64,000 bases of DNA, taken from positions 192,001 to 256,000 of the forward strand of contig CAWFQL010000009.1 in NCBI GenBank assembly GCA_963817915.1, in the 5' to 3' direction. Of this stretch, positions 49,408 to 60,664 are shown piece after piece (positions within the stretch are counted from its first letter, which is position 1; every line of letters starts with the position of its first letter). A program made the translations under genes and the position numbers. The notes below the pieces were generated by a model that saw nothing but the letters and a program-made list of their open reading frames with translations, was not told the DNA's origin and did no database searches. This DNA comes from an uncultured candidate division Zixibacteria bacterium. Lineage in GTDB: Bacteria > Zixibacteria > MSB-5A5 > UBA10806.

Positions 49408-52299
49408 CTATTTTAGAAGAGTCATTTTTCTGGTTTGCGAAAAGTCATCGGCCTGGATTTTATAGAGATAGATTCCACTCGCAAAATCGTTGGCATTCCA
49501 AATCAAGGAATGATTTCCCGCTTCAAGGTCACCCATTTGATTTGAATACACGAGCCTTCCGGCGATATCATAGATTGTGAAAACAACCTCAGATTTCATG
49601 GGCAAATCGAATGATATTTCGGTAGATGGGTTAAATGGATTGGGATAATTTTGTCGCAGAGAAAATGATTTCGGAACCAAGTTGTTATTGGGTTCATCTA
49701 CGCCCGTAACATCAAAGGAATAAACCGAGAAATCATCGACTCCCCCCTCGCACATCGAGCCAAGACCTCTGTCCTCGGCAATAAAGCGAATTTTCATCTG
49801 GGAGGTCGGAGTGATAAATTGATTCACGAGAAATCTTTTCTTCCTCCAATAATTCTCAGTTCTCGGAACCATTTCGAGCGATATCCAGGATTGACCATTA
49901 TCATTGGAGATATCTACATAAAATGTGTCATCGAAATTGGTTTGGTCTGTAAACCATCGCCAATACTCGATAACAGGGCTTTCGTATGAAGAAAAATCAA
50001 GAACCGGTGTTGTCAATGTTGTTTGGCCACTGTCCACATCAGCGTAACCATTCGACTGGCCCTGTACATGCTGGCCGGTGATATAGCAATTAACTCCCGG
50101 GTCAAGAGTATGGTCATCCTCGGGCTGGTATGGGAAATTGGGGTCGGTGTCTGAAAATGTTCCGATCGGGTCGACCCTTACCCAAATACCGCGCCTAGCA
50201 TTATCTTCCGCGCCGCCGACAGTCCACCCCGACGCGATCTCGAAGTTATCATAGAGTCGGGTTGTTAATGATCCAACTACAAAAAAGTGCGGCTGCAACG
50301 GGGCCGATGAGGGTTCGAGATAATTCCTTCCGTGAATATCGGTAACCGAAATATAATACTCAATCAATGTCCCATACGGCTGCGCGGGAATCAGTCCCGA
50401 ATACTCCGCCGGCAATCCAGTCGGCTGCATCAATATGGTATTATAAGACGAATTTCTCTCCAGACGATAGCAGACAAAAATCGAATCGGCATTTGGTGGG
50501 GTCACCGTGCTTTCTATTATGGCCACTACGGGGTAAGGATTATTGACATCATTAGTATCAATCAATGGTTCATGTGTAATCGTAATTTTATCCCCGGGGC
50601 CAATTCCATGCTGATCGAAGGCTTCATAAATCTCGTTGGAATGCGGCGTACCATTGAAAAGATTGTCATCGTCATCGTCATAAACCAGTATATCTACCAT
50701 ATAATCTTCGAAATTTGTCGAGTAGCCGTAACGTGCGAAATGAAATAATGAATCGCCATAGGCTTCTCTCGGAGCCAAAAGCATTCTTAAATCCCAGAGC
50801 GCGCCCGAAATAATCATGCCATCATTATGAGATTCACCATTCCAATCTTCAGGATAGCGATAATCGTTATCAACCGTTCTAAGGTAGGTATTTTCTCCCT
50901 GGAATCCCCTGCCTATCAATGGCTGATTAGTTATTGCCGCGGCGGTATAGTCAGACCATCCTTCGTGCTGCGCACCGGATGGCGCATACGGAGCGTATAG
51001 ATATTCAGTGATACCGTGACCGTACTCGTGATAGATCACATCGGCGATTTCGCCGGTATTTTCGCATCCACCGCCTCTCATGAAGAAATTAATCGAGGAG
51101 CCATCCCAGTAGGCATTGCACGTTTGATTCAAGTTGACATTGCAGGTTAATCCTATATCGAGCTGAGTATAATCCGGGTCCAATATTTTGAAGAAATCGT
51201 GGACGACATTAGTATGGAAGAAGGAATTGCGTTCATCCATCCGAGAATCGAGCGGACTCCATAGAATATGAGCTGTGTCTCCCGGGGTAATATTTCCTGA
51301 ATAAGAGGCCCCCGGCCCTTGAGCATTATGGACCACTACATAGCGACCTTCTAAATTCACAGTAAAAGGATTGGTATTCTGATCATTAGCATCAGCGGTA
51401 AAGAAACCATTGGTATCAGTATATACCATGGCAACGCCGGTTATTCGGACCAATTCATTTTTAAATGGATTAGTTTCAGGCGTATCGAATGGGGTCGCTG
51501 GATAAATTTCGCCATTAACAAAGCCGTCAAATGTGTAATAATAAATCATATCTTTGCGATATAGCACCTGGCCGTTGGCGGCATCGACAATGGTCAGCCA
51601 TTTCGAAGGCTCATCGGTTGAAATTTCAACCTTATAGGCTAATTTGTATTGGATCTCAGCTTCCCCAGGAATCGGGAATACAATCAATTCGGGAGTTGAG
51701 GACTTAAAGTTATTTCCGGAGGAAACACCAATTCCAGCGAATTGAATTGCCTGTTCTGCGGAAATTGCCGGCGAGGTCGAGATATTGATATCTGGGTAGT
51801 AATCAGAAGTAAATTCAACAATATTCCCTCTATCGGAAATATTAACCATAATCTTACTATTGTATACATTGAGGCCGTTAAACTTTTGCCCGAAAGCTAC
51901 AATCCAGTGGCCCCAGCGGTGCCTGGAAGAAACAAGTTCAAGATTTTCGGGTGCGACTCTTAAAAATGATCTTTCGGTACTCAGGAAAGCACGAGCAAGA
52001 TCTCTTGCCGAGGATTCATTTTGCGGAATACCTACATGAATTGATCCGCCATAACCCTTGTGCATTATGCCGGTGAGTCGATTTTGATTGCCCAGCCAGG
52101 CTCCATTTCGAGTGACAAATCCCTTCCATTCCGGATTCAGGAAATCCATAGGAGTGGTCATTGCAATTTGAATTCTTTCATCGTCGTAATAAGGAATCGA
52201 TACCGCACGAGTATCAATACCATTATTTGGGGCGAATGCCGCCGCTGTTGCGAAAACCGCAAAAACAAATGACAGTACTAACCATCCGCAATTTTTCAA
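49408..52299 (-). CDS. secreted M4/M36-like zinc metalloprotease with C-terminal sorting domain
   Basis: Signal peptide, FTP/PepSY propeptide, CNAYWDG, HEYGH...EGWSD, QNYPNPFNPST...KMTLLK tail. Confidence 0.88.
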   Translation of the reverse strand: MKNCGWLVLSFVFAVFATAAAFAPNNGIDTRAVSIPYYDDERIQIAMTTPMDFLNPEWKGFVTRNGAWLGNQNRLTGIMHKGYGGSIHVGIPQNESSARDLARAFLSTERSFLRVAPENLELVSSRHRWGHWIVAFGQKFNGLNVYNSKIMVNISDRGNIVEFTSDYYPDINISTSPAISAEQAIQFAGIGVSSGNNFKSSTPELIVFPIPGEAEIQYKLAYKVEISTDEPSKWLTIVDAANGQVLYRKDMIYYYTFDGFVNGEIYPATPFDTPETNPFKNELVRITGVAMVYTDTNGFFTADANDQNTNPFTVNLEGRYVVVHNAQGPGASYSGNITPGDTAHILWSPLDSRMDERNSFFHTNVVHDFFKILDPDYTQLDIGLTCNVNLNQTCNAYWDGSSINFFMRGGGCENTGEIADVIYHEYGHGITEYLYAPYAPSGAQHEGWSDYTAAAITNQPLIGRGFQGENTYLRTVDNDYRYPEDWNGESHNDGMIISGALWDLRMLLAPREAYGDSLFHFARYGYSTNFEDYMVDILVYDDDDDNLFNGTPHSNEIYEAFDQHGIGPGDKITITHEPLIDTNDVNNPYPVVAIIESTVTPPNADSIFVCYRLERNSSYNTILMQPTGLPAEYSGLIPAQPYGTLIEYYISVTDIHGRNYLEPSSAPLQPHFFVVGSLTTRLYDNFEIASGWTVGGAEDNARRGIWVRVDPIGTFSDTDPNFPYQPEDDHTLDPGVNCYITGQHVQGQSNGYADVDSGQTTLTTPVLDFSSYESPVIEYWRWFTDQTNFDDTFYVDISNDNGQSWISLEMVPRTENYWRKKRFLVNQFITPTSQMKIRFIAEDRGLGSMCEGGVDDFSVYSFDVTGVDEPNNNLVPKSFSLRQNYPNPFNPSTEISFDLPMKSEVVFTIYDIAGRLVYSNQMGDLEAGNHSLIWNANDFASGIYLYKIQADDFSQTRKMTLLK

Positions 52300-52435
52300 A
52301 TTTCCTCCCGGTGTTTTTTGTCCATTTATTTGTTAACAATTACAATTCTAAAGTAATTCCACTATTCACAATAATATAGCACATAATTTAATATTTGGAC
52401 TTGTTTTTTTTAGGACATTAATTTAAAATATCGAG

Positions 52436-53411
52436 ATGAAAATACATGCATCGATACATTCAAGTTTTCCCCGAGTGGGAGATGACTCCCGGGAGCAGAG
52501 GCTTCGGCGTTCATATGCCGATTTGGAAAAAGCCAAAATTTCGGTAGAGGATTTCAAAAAAGTACAGGACGACCTTGTTGATGAGATAATCCTCATCCAA
52601 AAAAACGCAGGAATCGATTATATCACTGACGGCTTGATTCGCTGGTACGATCCGGCGTCGCATCTCGCCAGACATCTGAAGGGCTTTGATATCAACGGTT
52701 TACTGCGCTTTTTCGACACTAATACTTATTATAGGCAGCCGGTTGCCAGAGGCAATTTCGCGGTTGTGGATGATTCTTTCGCTGGAGAAATCAAATATTC
52801 GTGTTCTCGTTCCGAAAAGCCTGTAAAGGCAGTCATCCTCGGACCATATTCAATGGCCAAGATGTCTCTGAATTCCACTAACCTCAAATTTGATGAATTC
52901 TGCCTCCAGCTTTCGGAAATTATTGCCAAATTAACTAATGAGTTTTTCGATGGCGGGCGCTGATATTATTCAAATAGAAGAACCGGCTTTTATCAGGGAG
53001 CCTCAGCATATCGATTTATTAAAGAAATCCATATCCGCAATTTACAACAACAAGAACAAGGCCAAGTTATTGTTGTCCTTTTACTTCGGCGATTGCGGTA
53101 AAGCATTGGATGGACTGGCAAGTATTCCCGCCGATATTTTCGGATTTGATTTTACCTATTCGCCGGGGTTAATCGACAAAATTTCATCCAATGGATTCCC
53201 TAAGCCGATATCATTCGGAATCATTGACGGTCGCAATACGAAAATGGAATCCGCGGACGCAATAGCGAAGATATTGGAAAAACCATTGAAGAAACTCGGC
53301 AAGGACGGCTGTCATGTGACATCATCCTGCGGGCTCGAATACTTGCCGCGTAATTATGCTATCAAGAAGCTTGAATTGACTGCCAAAGTCGCTAATCTAT
53401 TGAATGGATAA
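52436..53411 (+). CDS. split MetE N-terminal-like (non-catalytic) subunit; one frameshift near 52945
   Basis: SSFPR, TDGLIRWYD, RFFDTNTYYRQP, GPYS, QIEEP, GIIDGRNTKME, SCGLEYLP; no HxC Zn motif. Confidence 0.8.
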
Positions 53412-53418
53412 ATAAAAT

Positions 53419-54417
53419 ATGAGTCGCAAGGTTTTAAGATCATTAGGAATAAATCTTCCAATGCTGCCGACAACCTCGGTTGGCAGTTTCCCCAAGCCAT
53501 CTTATCTTACTAAAGGCAGATCGGATCGCAAAAAAGGGGAAATAACTGATGGCGAACTAACCAAGCTGGAAGATCGCGCTACAAAAGAATGGATGGATTT
53601 TCAGGAGCAGGTCGGGATCGATATTCTGGTAGATGGCGAGATGTACCGCGGAGATATGGTCGCCTATTTCGCTGAAAATATCCCAGGTTTCGATCGCGGC
53701 GGATTGGTTAGGTCTTACGGCAATCGCTACTACTATAAGCCGATAATAAAAAGCAAGCTTCAATATCCGGGCCCAATCACCGTAGAATGGTGGAAACGGG
53801 CGCAATCAATGACCGAAAAGCCAATTAAGGGGATGCTCACGGGCGCTTACACAATCATGGATTGGTCATTTAATGAATTCTATCCTGATCGAGCAGCAGC
53901 AGCATACGCGTTGGCCGATTTGATTCGGGATGAAGTGGCTGAGTTAATCAAGGCCGGATGCCGTATTATCCAGATTGACGAGCCCGCCGTCAGTGTCAGA
54001 CCCGAGGAACTCGAAATCGCCAAGAAGGCGTTGGATATTGTCACAAAGAATCAAAATGCCTATTTTATCACGCATATCTGCTATGGTGCATTCGAGAAGA
54101 TCTACCCTGCCCTATTGGATTTGCCTGTACATAATTTCGATTTGGAAATGTCCAATTCCGGAATGGACATGCTCGAATATTTCCGCAAGTTTCCATTTAC
54201 CAAGGATATCACATTCGGCGTGGTCGATGTCCATTCGCATGTGATCGAGGATGTCGAGACGATCAGACAGCGTATCGAAAAAGCGCTCGAATATCTGCCG
54301 AAGGATCAGGTCTGGATCGACCCCGACTGCGGCCTGAAAACCCGTACAGTCGACGAAGCCAAACAGAAGCTGATTAATATCCAAAAAGCTGTTGACGAGG
54401 TCAGAGCGAAGATGTAG
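53419..54417 (+). CDS. cobalamin-independent methionine synthase catalytic subunit (split MetE C-half)
   Basis: PTTSVGSFPKP, DGEMYRGDMV, KGMLTG, QIDEPA, THICYG, GVVDVHS, PDCGLKTR. Confidence 0.92.
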   Translation: MSRKVLRSLGINLPMLPTTSVGSFPKPSYLTKGRSDRKKGEITDGELTKLEDRATKEWMDFQEQVGIDILVDGEMYRGDMVAYFAENIPGFDRGGLVRSYGNRYYYKPIIKSKLQYPGPITVEWWKRAQSMTEKPIKGMLTGAYTIMDWSFNEFYPDRAAAAYALADLIRDEVAELIKAGCRIIQIDEPAVSVRPEELEIAKKALDIVTKNQNAYFITHICYGAFEKIYPALLDLPVHNFDLEMSNSGMDMLEYFRKFPFTKDITFGVVDVHSHVIEDVETIRQRIEKALEYLPKDQVWIDPDCGLKTRTVDEAKQKLINIQKAVDEVRAKM

Positions 54418-54423
54418 GCTGAT

Positions 54424-54581
54424 GAAGACGCAACACGTTGCGTCCTTCAGAAGCCATCCCCACTCCCCTATTATTGGCTTCTTTTTGGGCGGCAGTCGTC
54501 CCGACTGCCCCAAAAGATGCGCAAAGACATGATTATTAGAAGTGGATTTTCTTGTAGAGACATGCCATGGCATGTCTCTAC
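54424..54581. repeat. REP cluster downstream of the RAYT gene
   Basis: Degenerate gacgcaacacgttgcgtc, tgggcggcagtcgtcccgactgcccc (54486) and the perfect palindrome gtagagacatgccatggcatgtctctac (54554-54581). Confidence 0.85.
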
Positions 54582-54585
54582 GTAT

Positions 54586-55148
54586 TTATATAGATAGATT
54601 TTCTAAATGATTCCTATCGCGGGGCCAATTGTTTGGGTTGAACCTGATGTATTCGCGGATTTTCTGAAGAGATTCGTCGTTGCGGATTACGTGGTCGTAA
54701 AAACGCGGCTGCCATCGGAAATTAATATTGTTTAATCGCACACATTTTGTAACCCCTGATTTGAATCCACGGATTATTGACGCCAGATTTCTTGATTGCG
54801 GGCCAAATTTGTTTTTATATGGTAGAGACGCAAGATTTTGCGTCTCTACAGGAAATACATGACCGTCACTCTTACTAATCTGCAATATCCATGCATGTGA
54901 TTTGGCATGACGATAAATTCATCCAATACAACAAACGGGAAATGATTTGGAATTTCCTGCCAACACCGTTGGGCAATTTCGCCTAATAACGATAACCTGA
55001 CGCTTTCGTTTAGTATATTTCCGAAATATTCCTCTTGGTTATGGGTGCATACAGTGACAAAATAAAAACCGCCCTGGCCGTAATCATAATCAGGCAATCG
55101 CGTAGAATCGATTCGGTATCTATTCTGAAATTTGTCATCGTCAGACAT
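54586..55148 (-). mobile_element. REP-associated tyrosine transposase (RAYT, Y1 HUH), one frameshift near 54880
   Basis: STRLPDYDY, YFVTVCT, VMPNHMHG (HUH), IIRGFKS, WQPRFYDHVIR, YIRFNP; flanked by GTAG REPs. Confidence 0.92.
54822..54849. repeat. GTAGAGAC REP inside the RAYT coding sequence
   Basis: gtagagacgcaagattttgcgtctctac, identical to 55175-55202. Confidence 0.92.
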
Positions 55149-55174
55149 ATATTGGGATAATATATTCATTTCTG

Positions 55175-55202
55175 GTAGAGACGCAAGATTTTGCGTCTCT
55201 AC
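55175..55202. repeat. GTAGAGAC REP upstream of RAYT
   Basis: gtagagacgcaagattttgcgtctctac; 3432-3460 is its reverse complement with a 1-nt insertion. Confidence 0.92.
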
Positions 55203-55237
55203 GGCTGCCCGAAACTCCCCCCTCCCCCATTATAGGC

Positions 55238-55265
55238 TTGACAATCGGTATGTTATAAATATAAT
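55238..55265 (+). promoter_or_regulatory. sigma70 promoter of tRNA-Leu
   Basis: TTGACA-N16-TATAAT. Confidence 0.75.
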
Positions 55266-55278
55266 ATGGCGTTTCATT

Positions 55279-55364
55279 GCCGGAGTGGTGAAACTGGCAG
55301 ACGCGCTGGACTCAAAATCCAGTGGGGCTTAAACCCCGTGTCGGTTCGATTCCGACCTCCGGCA
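55279..55364 (+). tRNA. tRNA-Leu(CAA), CCA not encoded
   Basis: Acceptor gccggag/ctccggc, anticodon ctgga-ctCAAaa-tccag, long variable arm, ggttcgattcc. Confidence 0.96.
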
Positions 55365-55726
55365 TTTTTTTATTTCAGAAAATATGTAAATAAGTATTTG
55401 GTTTCTACCGACAAAATATCTATAATATGGTGTCTTTTGTAACGGCTTCTTTGTAAAGCGAGACTGAATTGCAATTCGGTGCACCGGTGTTATTTCGAAG
55501 ATTGGCTATACCAGATGTGTCATTACGCGATACGGCGTTTAATAATTCAAAACCGCCAAAAACCCATGCCAACCGCATGGCTATCATCGACCTCCAGGCC
55601 CGATATTCACAGTTTTCCCGTATAAAAAATTGGAATCCGTGAGCGCCATATTTTGTTAATCATATTTAATGGGGGCGCTTTCCCCAAGGTTGGAAATTAT
55701 TGTTTAATTTTTTAATAGGAGGCCTA

Positions 55727-58700
55727 ATGCGAGTTGCTTTCCGAGTCGTGCTAATGATTTTAACATTATTCCTGGTAGCCCAGCCCGCGACAAATAGGGT
55801 TGTTTTTGATCAGGCTAATCTTGAAGTCGCGCCAATGATTATGAAAAATTCTTCACAATCCCAGACCAGCATCGGTTTTAGAATGGCTGGAATTGAAGAA
55901 GAACCATCTGTTGCGGCTGGAGTGACTTATCAAAATATAACTGCAATTACACCCGAACCTATGAAATTCGGATCAACTGGCGAGGAAGGTCTCCCCGAGT
56001 TGCCGGTTTTCGCCCATTTAATTGGTATTCCGGATCAATCAGGCGTAAGAGTGGAAATTATATCGTCATCCTATCAGATTATCGATAATGTCGATGTCAT
56101 GCCCTCTCAGCCTTCGCCGATTGAAGGTTCTTCCGAAGTACCCCCATTTACCAAAGACGAGGCCTTTTATCAAAAAAATGAGTTCTATCCATCAAATGTG
56201 GTGGAGCTCGGTGAGCCGGTAATATGCCGCGATCTTAGAATGATTCAAACTATTGTAAATCCGGTTCAATATAACCCGGTGACAAGACAATTGAAGGTTT
56301 ATACCAATGTAGACTATAATCTTGTTTACGAAGGTACTGACTCAAGAAATGCCAAAGTACGCCATAATAACAATATATCAGAAACGTTCATGCCATTATA
56401 TCGATCGTTGGTGCCAAATGCTGACGAGATGCTGGCGACCTATCAGCCTATCCGAGGCGGTTATCTTATCTTAGTGCCCGACGCGTTTTACGATACAGTC
56501 CAGGCATTGGCCCGTTGGAAACACTTGAAGGGCTATTCGGTTGTGGTCACAAAGGCAAGACAGATTAATTCTTCCGGTATCCCGTCTACTACACAAATAC
56601 TCAATTATATCAGGACTGCCTATCAAACATGGGCAGTGCCTCCGGAATTTGTCTGTATAGTCGGGGACGAATCCGGATTGCCAACTTATTTTCAGGATTC
56701 GCCGTACTCGAGCTATCCATCAGACCATGACTATTCATGTGTTGATGGTACGGACTATTTGTCGGATGTGATGGTTACGAGAATGTCGGTTTCGAATTTA
56801 TCCAATTTTCGAGTAGCAATGTGGAAAGCTATCATATACGATAGTAACCCGTTCATGGGAGATCCCAATATGTATTCCCGGGGCCTTTCCGTCGGTGGAA
56901 ATACAGCCGGAGGAGTCACTCAGCGACTTACTACGTTGTGGGTTCGGGAGCAACAATTGCGTCATGGCTTTACACAGGTTGATACCGCCTTTTGCTGGAC
57001 TTCCAGCTACAGCTGTGCTTACAACGCTCAAATACATAACTCGATTATAAACGGTACCGGTATAACGAATGTGAGGGGCGCGGGAAGCAGCGATGGCTGG
57101 TGGGCTCCGCCATATGACATAGCTCACGTGGATCAACTTCCCGGAAACAACAAATTAGGGATTATGGCTGTTCTGACATGCGGAACCGGCGATTTTGGAT
57201 ATCCTGATTGTATGGCTGAGCATTGGATCCGCGTAGGGACTCTGCCCAATAATTTAAAGGGAGGGCCCGGCTATTACGGCGTATCCGATCACAATACGCA
57301 TTGCAAATGGAACAACCCCATTATGATCGGTTTTAATTGGGCGTATCTGACGGAGGGTATCTACAATTTCGCGAGCGCGGCATTTAGAGGCAAGATCGAA
57401 GATTATAATACTTACCCCAGATTCCGCGGACCGGGCAATTGGGTCGAGCATTATTTTCATACCTACAATACTATGGGAGAACCTGAGATGGAAATCAGGA
57501 CCGCTGCTCCCATGACCTTTACCGCGACATATACTGACACGATCCCAACAGGCTCTTCGATGCTGACAATCAATGTACTTGGCGACGATCATTTGCCGCT
57601 TGAAGGCGCTTATGTCTGCCTTCAAAAGGATACCGCGGCGCCGGATAGCGAAGTCTTTGTAGGCGGCCGAACCGATAACCACGGCGATATCACGCTGAAT
57701 TTCATGACTACGGTCGCGGGCACGATGAATGCCACTGTTACCTACCACAATTATATTCCCCATAAGGGCGTAGTTGTAGTAGAATCGCGGGCTGTTGCAG
57801 TCAATGTCAACAATATTGTGATAGATGATGATAATAGCGGCAATTCTTCCGGCAACAACGATGGCAAAGTAAATCCATCGGAAACCGTCGAATTTGCGGT
57901 TGAATTAAGGAATTTTGGCACCACCGATAACGCGACGAATGTCAGCGCTACATTAACCTCGCCAAATCCCGACATTACGATAACGACTCCAACACAATCT
58001 TACGGCGAAATCGCCCCGGGCGGAATTGCCAATTCCAATAAATTCGCGGTTCATTTCGCGAACAACCTGCCTCATGGCGAACGTTTTATCTTACCATTAA
58101 ATATAACTTCCGATCAGGGTTCATGGACCGGGGCTTTGCCGGTTGATATCAAATCCATGCGCTTTATTGTACAAGCAACGGCGTACCCCAATAATTCCAA
58201 TGGCAGACTTGATCCCGGCGACTCTTCGCAAATCGTGTTTACATTGTTGAATAATGGTGAACTTGACGCAACATCAATGACCTGCGTAATGACGTGTCCC
58301 GATACCGGGGTAACTATTTTGAATAGCGCCGCCAGCTTCGGAGATATTCCGATCGGAGGCACAGGCTCCAATTCAGGCACCCCACTAATCGTCCGCATAT
58401 CCCCTATGATGTATCAGGGTCACAATTTGAATTTCAATTTGCTTTTGACCTCAAGCAATGGAAGCATCACCAATAAGGTAATTTCTATAGCAGTCGGCAA
58501 TGTTGCCACCTCCGATCCCATGGGTCCGGACAATTACGGATACTACATCTACGACAATACGGATGTCAATTACCCGGCACACCCGACATATAGTTGGACA
58601 GAAATCAGCCCGTACGTGAGCGGACCCGGCACCAGAGTTGTATTCCGCGGAAGCAATACCGATGACAATTCCGAAGTTGTGCCGCTTCCATTCAATCTGA

Positions 58701-60603
58701 AATATTATGGGCAAAATTTCAGCTACGCCCTTGTCAGCATTAATGGCTTCATGGCCTTTGATACTTCGCGGGTGGATATGGGAGGCAATCACTGGACAGC
58801 ATTTGACAATAGTCAAATTCCTGAGCCAGCCGCGCCGGATGGAATCATAGCGCCATTCTGGGACGATCTGGAATATGCCGGGAATAACGGCGTGTTCCAA
58901 TATAATGATACTACAAATCACAGATATATCATTGAGTGGAAAAACTGCACTCACGCAAGAGAGCCCAGTCATCATCCCGAAACATTCCAGATGATCATAT
59001 TGATACAGCGATTACTACCCAACTCCTACGGGAGATTGTGAAATCATGTTACCAATATCAAACCGTTTACAATGACGACAACGACAGCTACAACGATCTT
59101 CAGCCGGGCCTTTTCAGCACTGTTGGCATGCAGAATCTCTCGAATAGCGACGGCCTCGAATATACATTCGATAATTTTTACGGTCCGGGCGCCGCTACTC
59201 TGGTGGCCGGCCGCGCTATCAAGATCACAACCGCATTCGGATTCCAGGGTCAACCGAGTCTGGCATACGACCCCACATATTTCGCGAAGAGCGCAGCAAT
59301 AGGGCAGATTATCACAGATACGCTCACGATCTCAAATAACGGAGCAGGGTCATTGGAATTTTCGTTAAACCCATTCACTGATAATCGAGTGGTCTCTGAA
59401 AATCCTGCTCAGGGCCAAAATGAATCTCAGACCGTTAATCAAAAACCAATTGGTCAAACACCTACAGCCGGAGCAAAATCAGGCGATGGAAATCAGCCGA
59501 TTTATCCGCCTATGCCGCTAAATCAGGGCGGCCCGGATGCCTTTGGCAATAGATGGATCGATTCTGATGAAATCGGAGGTCCGACATTTAACTGGATTGA
59601 TATCAGCGGCGCGGGTACGCCAGTGACGCTGACTGATGATAGTTTTGCCGGACCGATTGAATTGGGGATGAATTTCCCATTCTACGGGACTAATTATTCG
59701 CAAGTATTTATTGGTTCCAATGGTTTCATTTCCTTTGGTGCAGGCTCGAATTCATATACAAATGTTGAAATACCCAATGCCACCGAGCCAAATAATATGA
59801 TTGCGGCGTGTTGGGACGATATGAATCCGGAAGCGGGCGGCACAATCTATTATTACCACGATACGACTAACGGCCGATTCATTATTAGCTATGTAGGTCT
59901 ACCGTTCTATTCCGGAGGCGCCGACGCCACATTCGAAATAATCCTTAATTCCAACGGCCAGATTGCCATCGAATACGGCGCCCTTAATCCCGGCTCCAGA
60001 GGGCTGAATCAGCTTACGGTCGGAATTGAAAACGCCGATGGCACCGATGGTCTCCAGGTGGCTTACAACGCCGAATATTTGCACAGCAATATGGCAATTT
60101 TATTCATGCCGCAGGCTACATGGCTGCAAACAAATATCCACGGCGGGACTGTGCCCTCCGGCGAGAGCGCATTAGCGATAGTGACATTCGATGCGACCGG
60201 ACTTGCCGAGGGATTGTATACTGGCCATCTCGATCTCGATTCGAATGATCCAGCTAACCCCGCTATTGATGTTCGCGTATCCCTGGCAGTGCGAACGGGT
60301 GGTCCCGGATGCAACTATGTCATGGGTGATATTAACGGCAACGGTACCTTCGATGGCCTTGATGTGGTTTATGCGGTAAATTACTATAAGGGAGGCAGTG
60401 AGCCGCCTATAACTTGCGATTGCCCGCCACACGGAACACTATTTGTAGGTGGAGATGTCAACGGCAGTTGTTCATTCAATGGACTGGACATAACCTACAT
60501 TGTAAATTACTTCAAGGGTGGCCCGTCATTTGAACCATGCGCCAGTTGCCCTCCGGGAAGAGCATCGATTAATAATCGTGGGATAGCACCCTCTGGTCAA
60601 TAA
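55727..60603 (+). CDS. large secreted gingipain-like C25-family protein with C-terminal dockerin-like domain; one frameshift at ~59000-59040
   Basis: AGGAGG RBS, signal peptide, C25 propeptide (GLPELP, PVQYNP), CIVGD, SDHDY, TCGTG, NTMGEP; repeated GPDxxGY and APFWDDL modules; GDINGNG/GDVNGS dockerin repeats. Confidence 0.82.
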
Positions 60604-60630
60604 AATCAGATAGCCAAGTAATTGATGATA

Positions 60631-60664
60631 TACCCTCCCTTCAATTTTGAAGGGGGGGTATTTT
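60631..60664. terminator. hairpin terminator between convergent genes
   Basis: taccctcccttcaa-tt-ttgaagggggggta plus T run. Confidence 0.75.

Noticed and set aside
52300..52435. SAM or cobalamin riboswitch before the methionine genes (also 42225-42341)
   Set aside because: The spacers are short and AT-rich with no riboswitch core motifs.
54846..54885. Programmed frameshift in RAYT
   Set aside because: There is no clear slippery heptamer, and many unrelated genes in this half show similar breaks.
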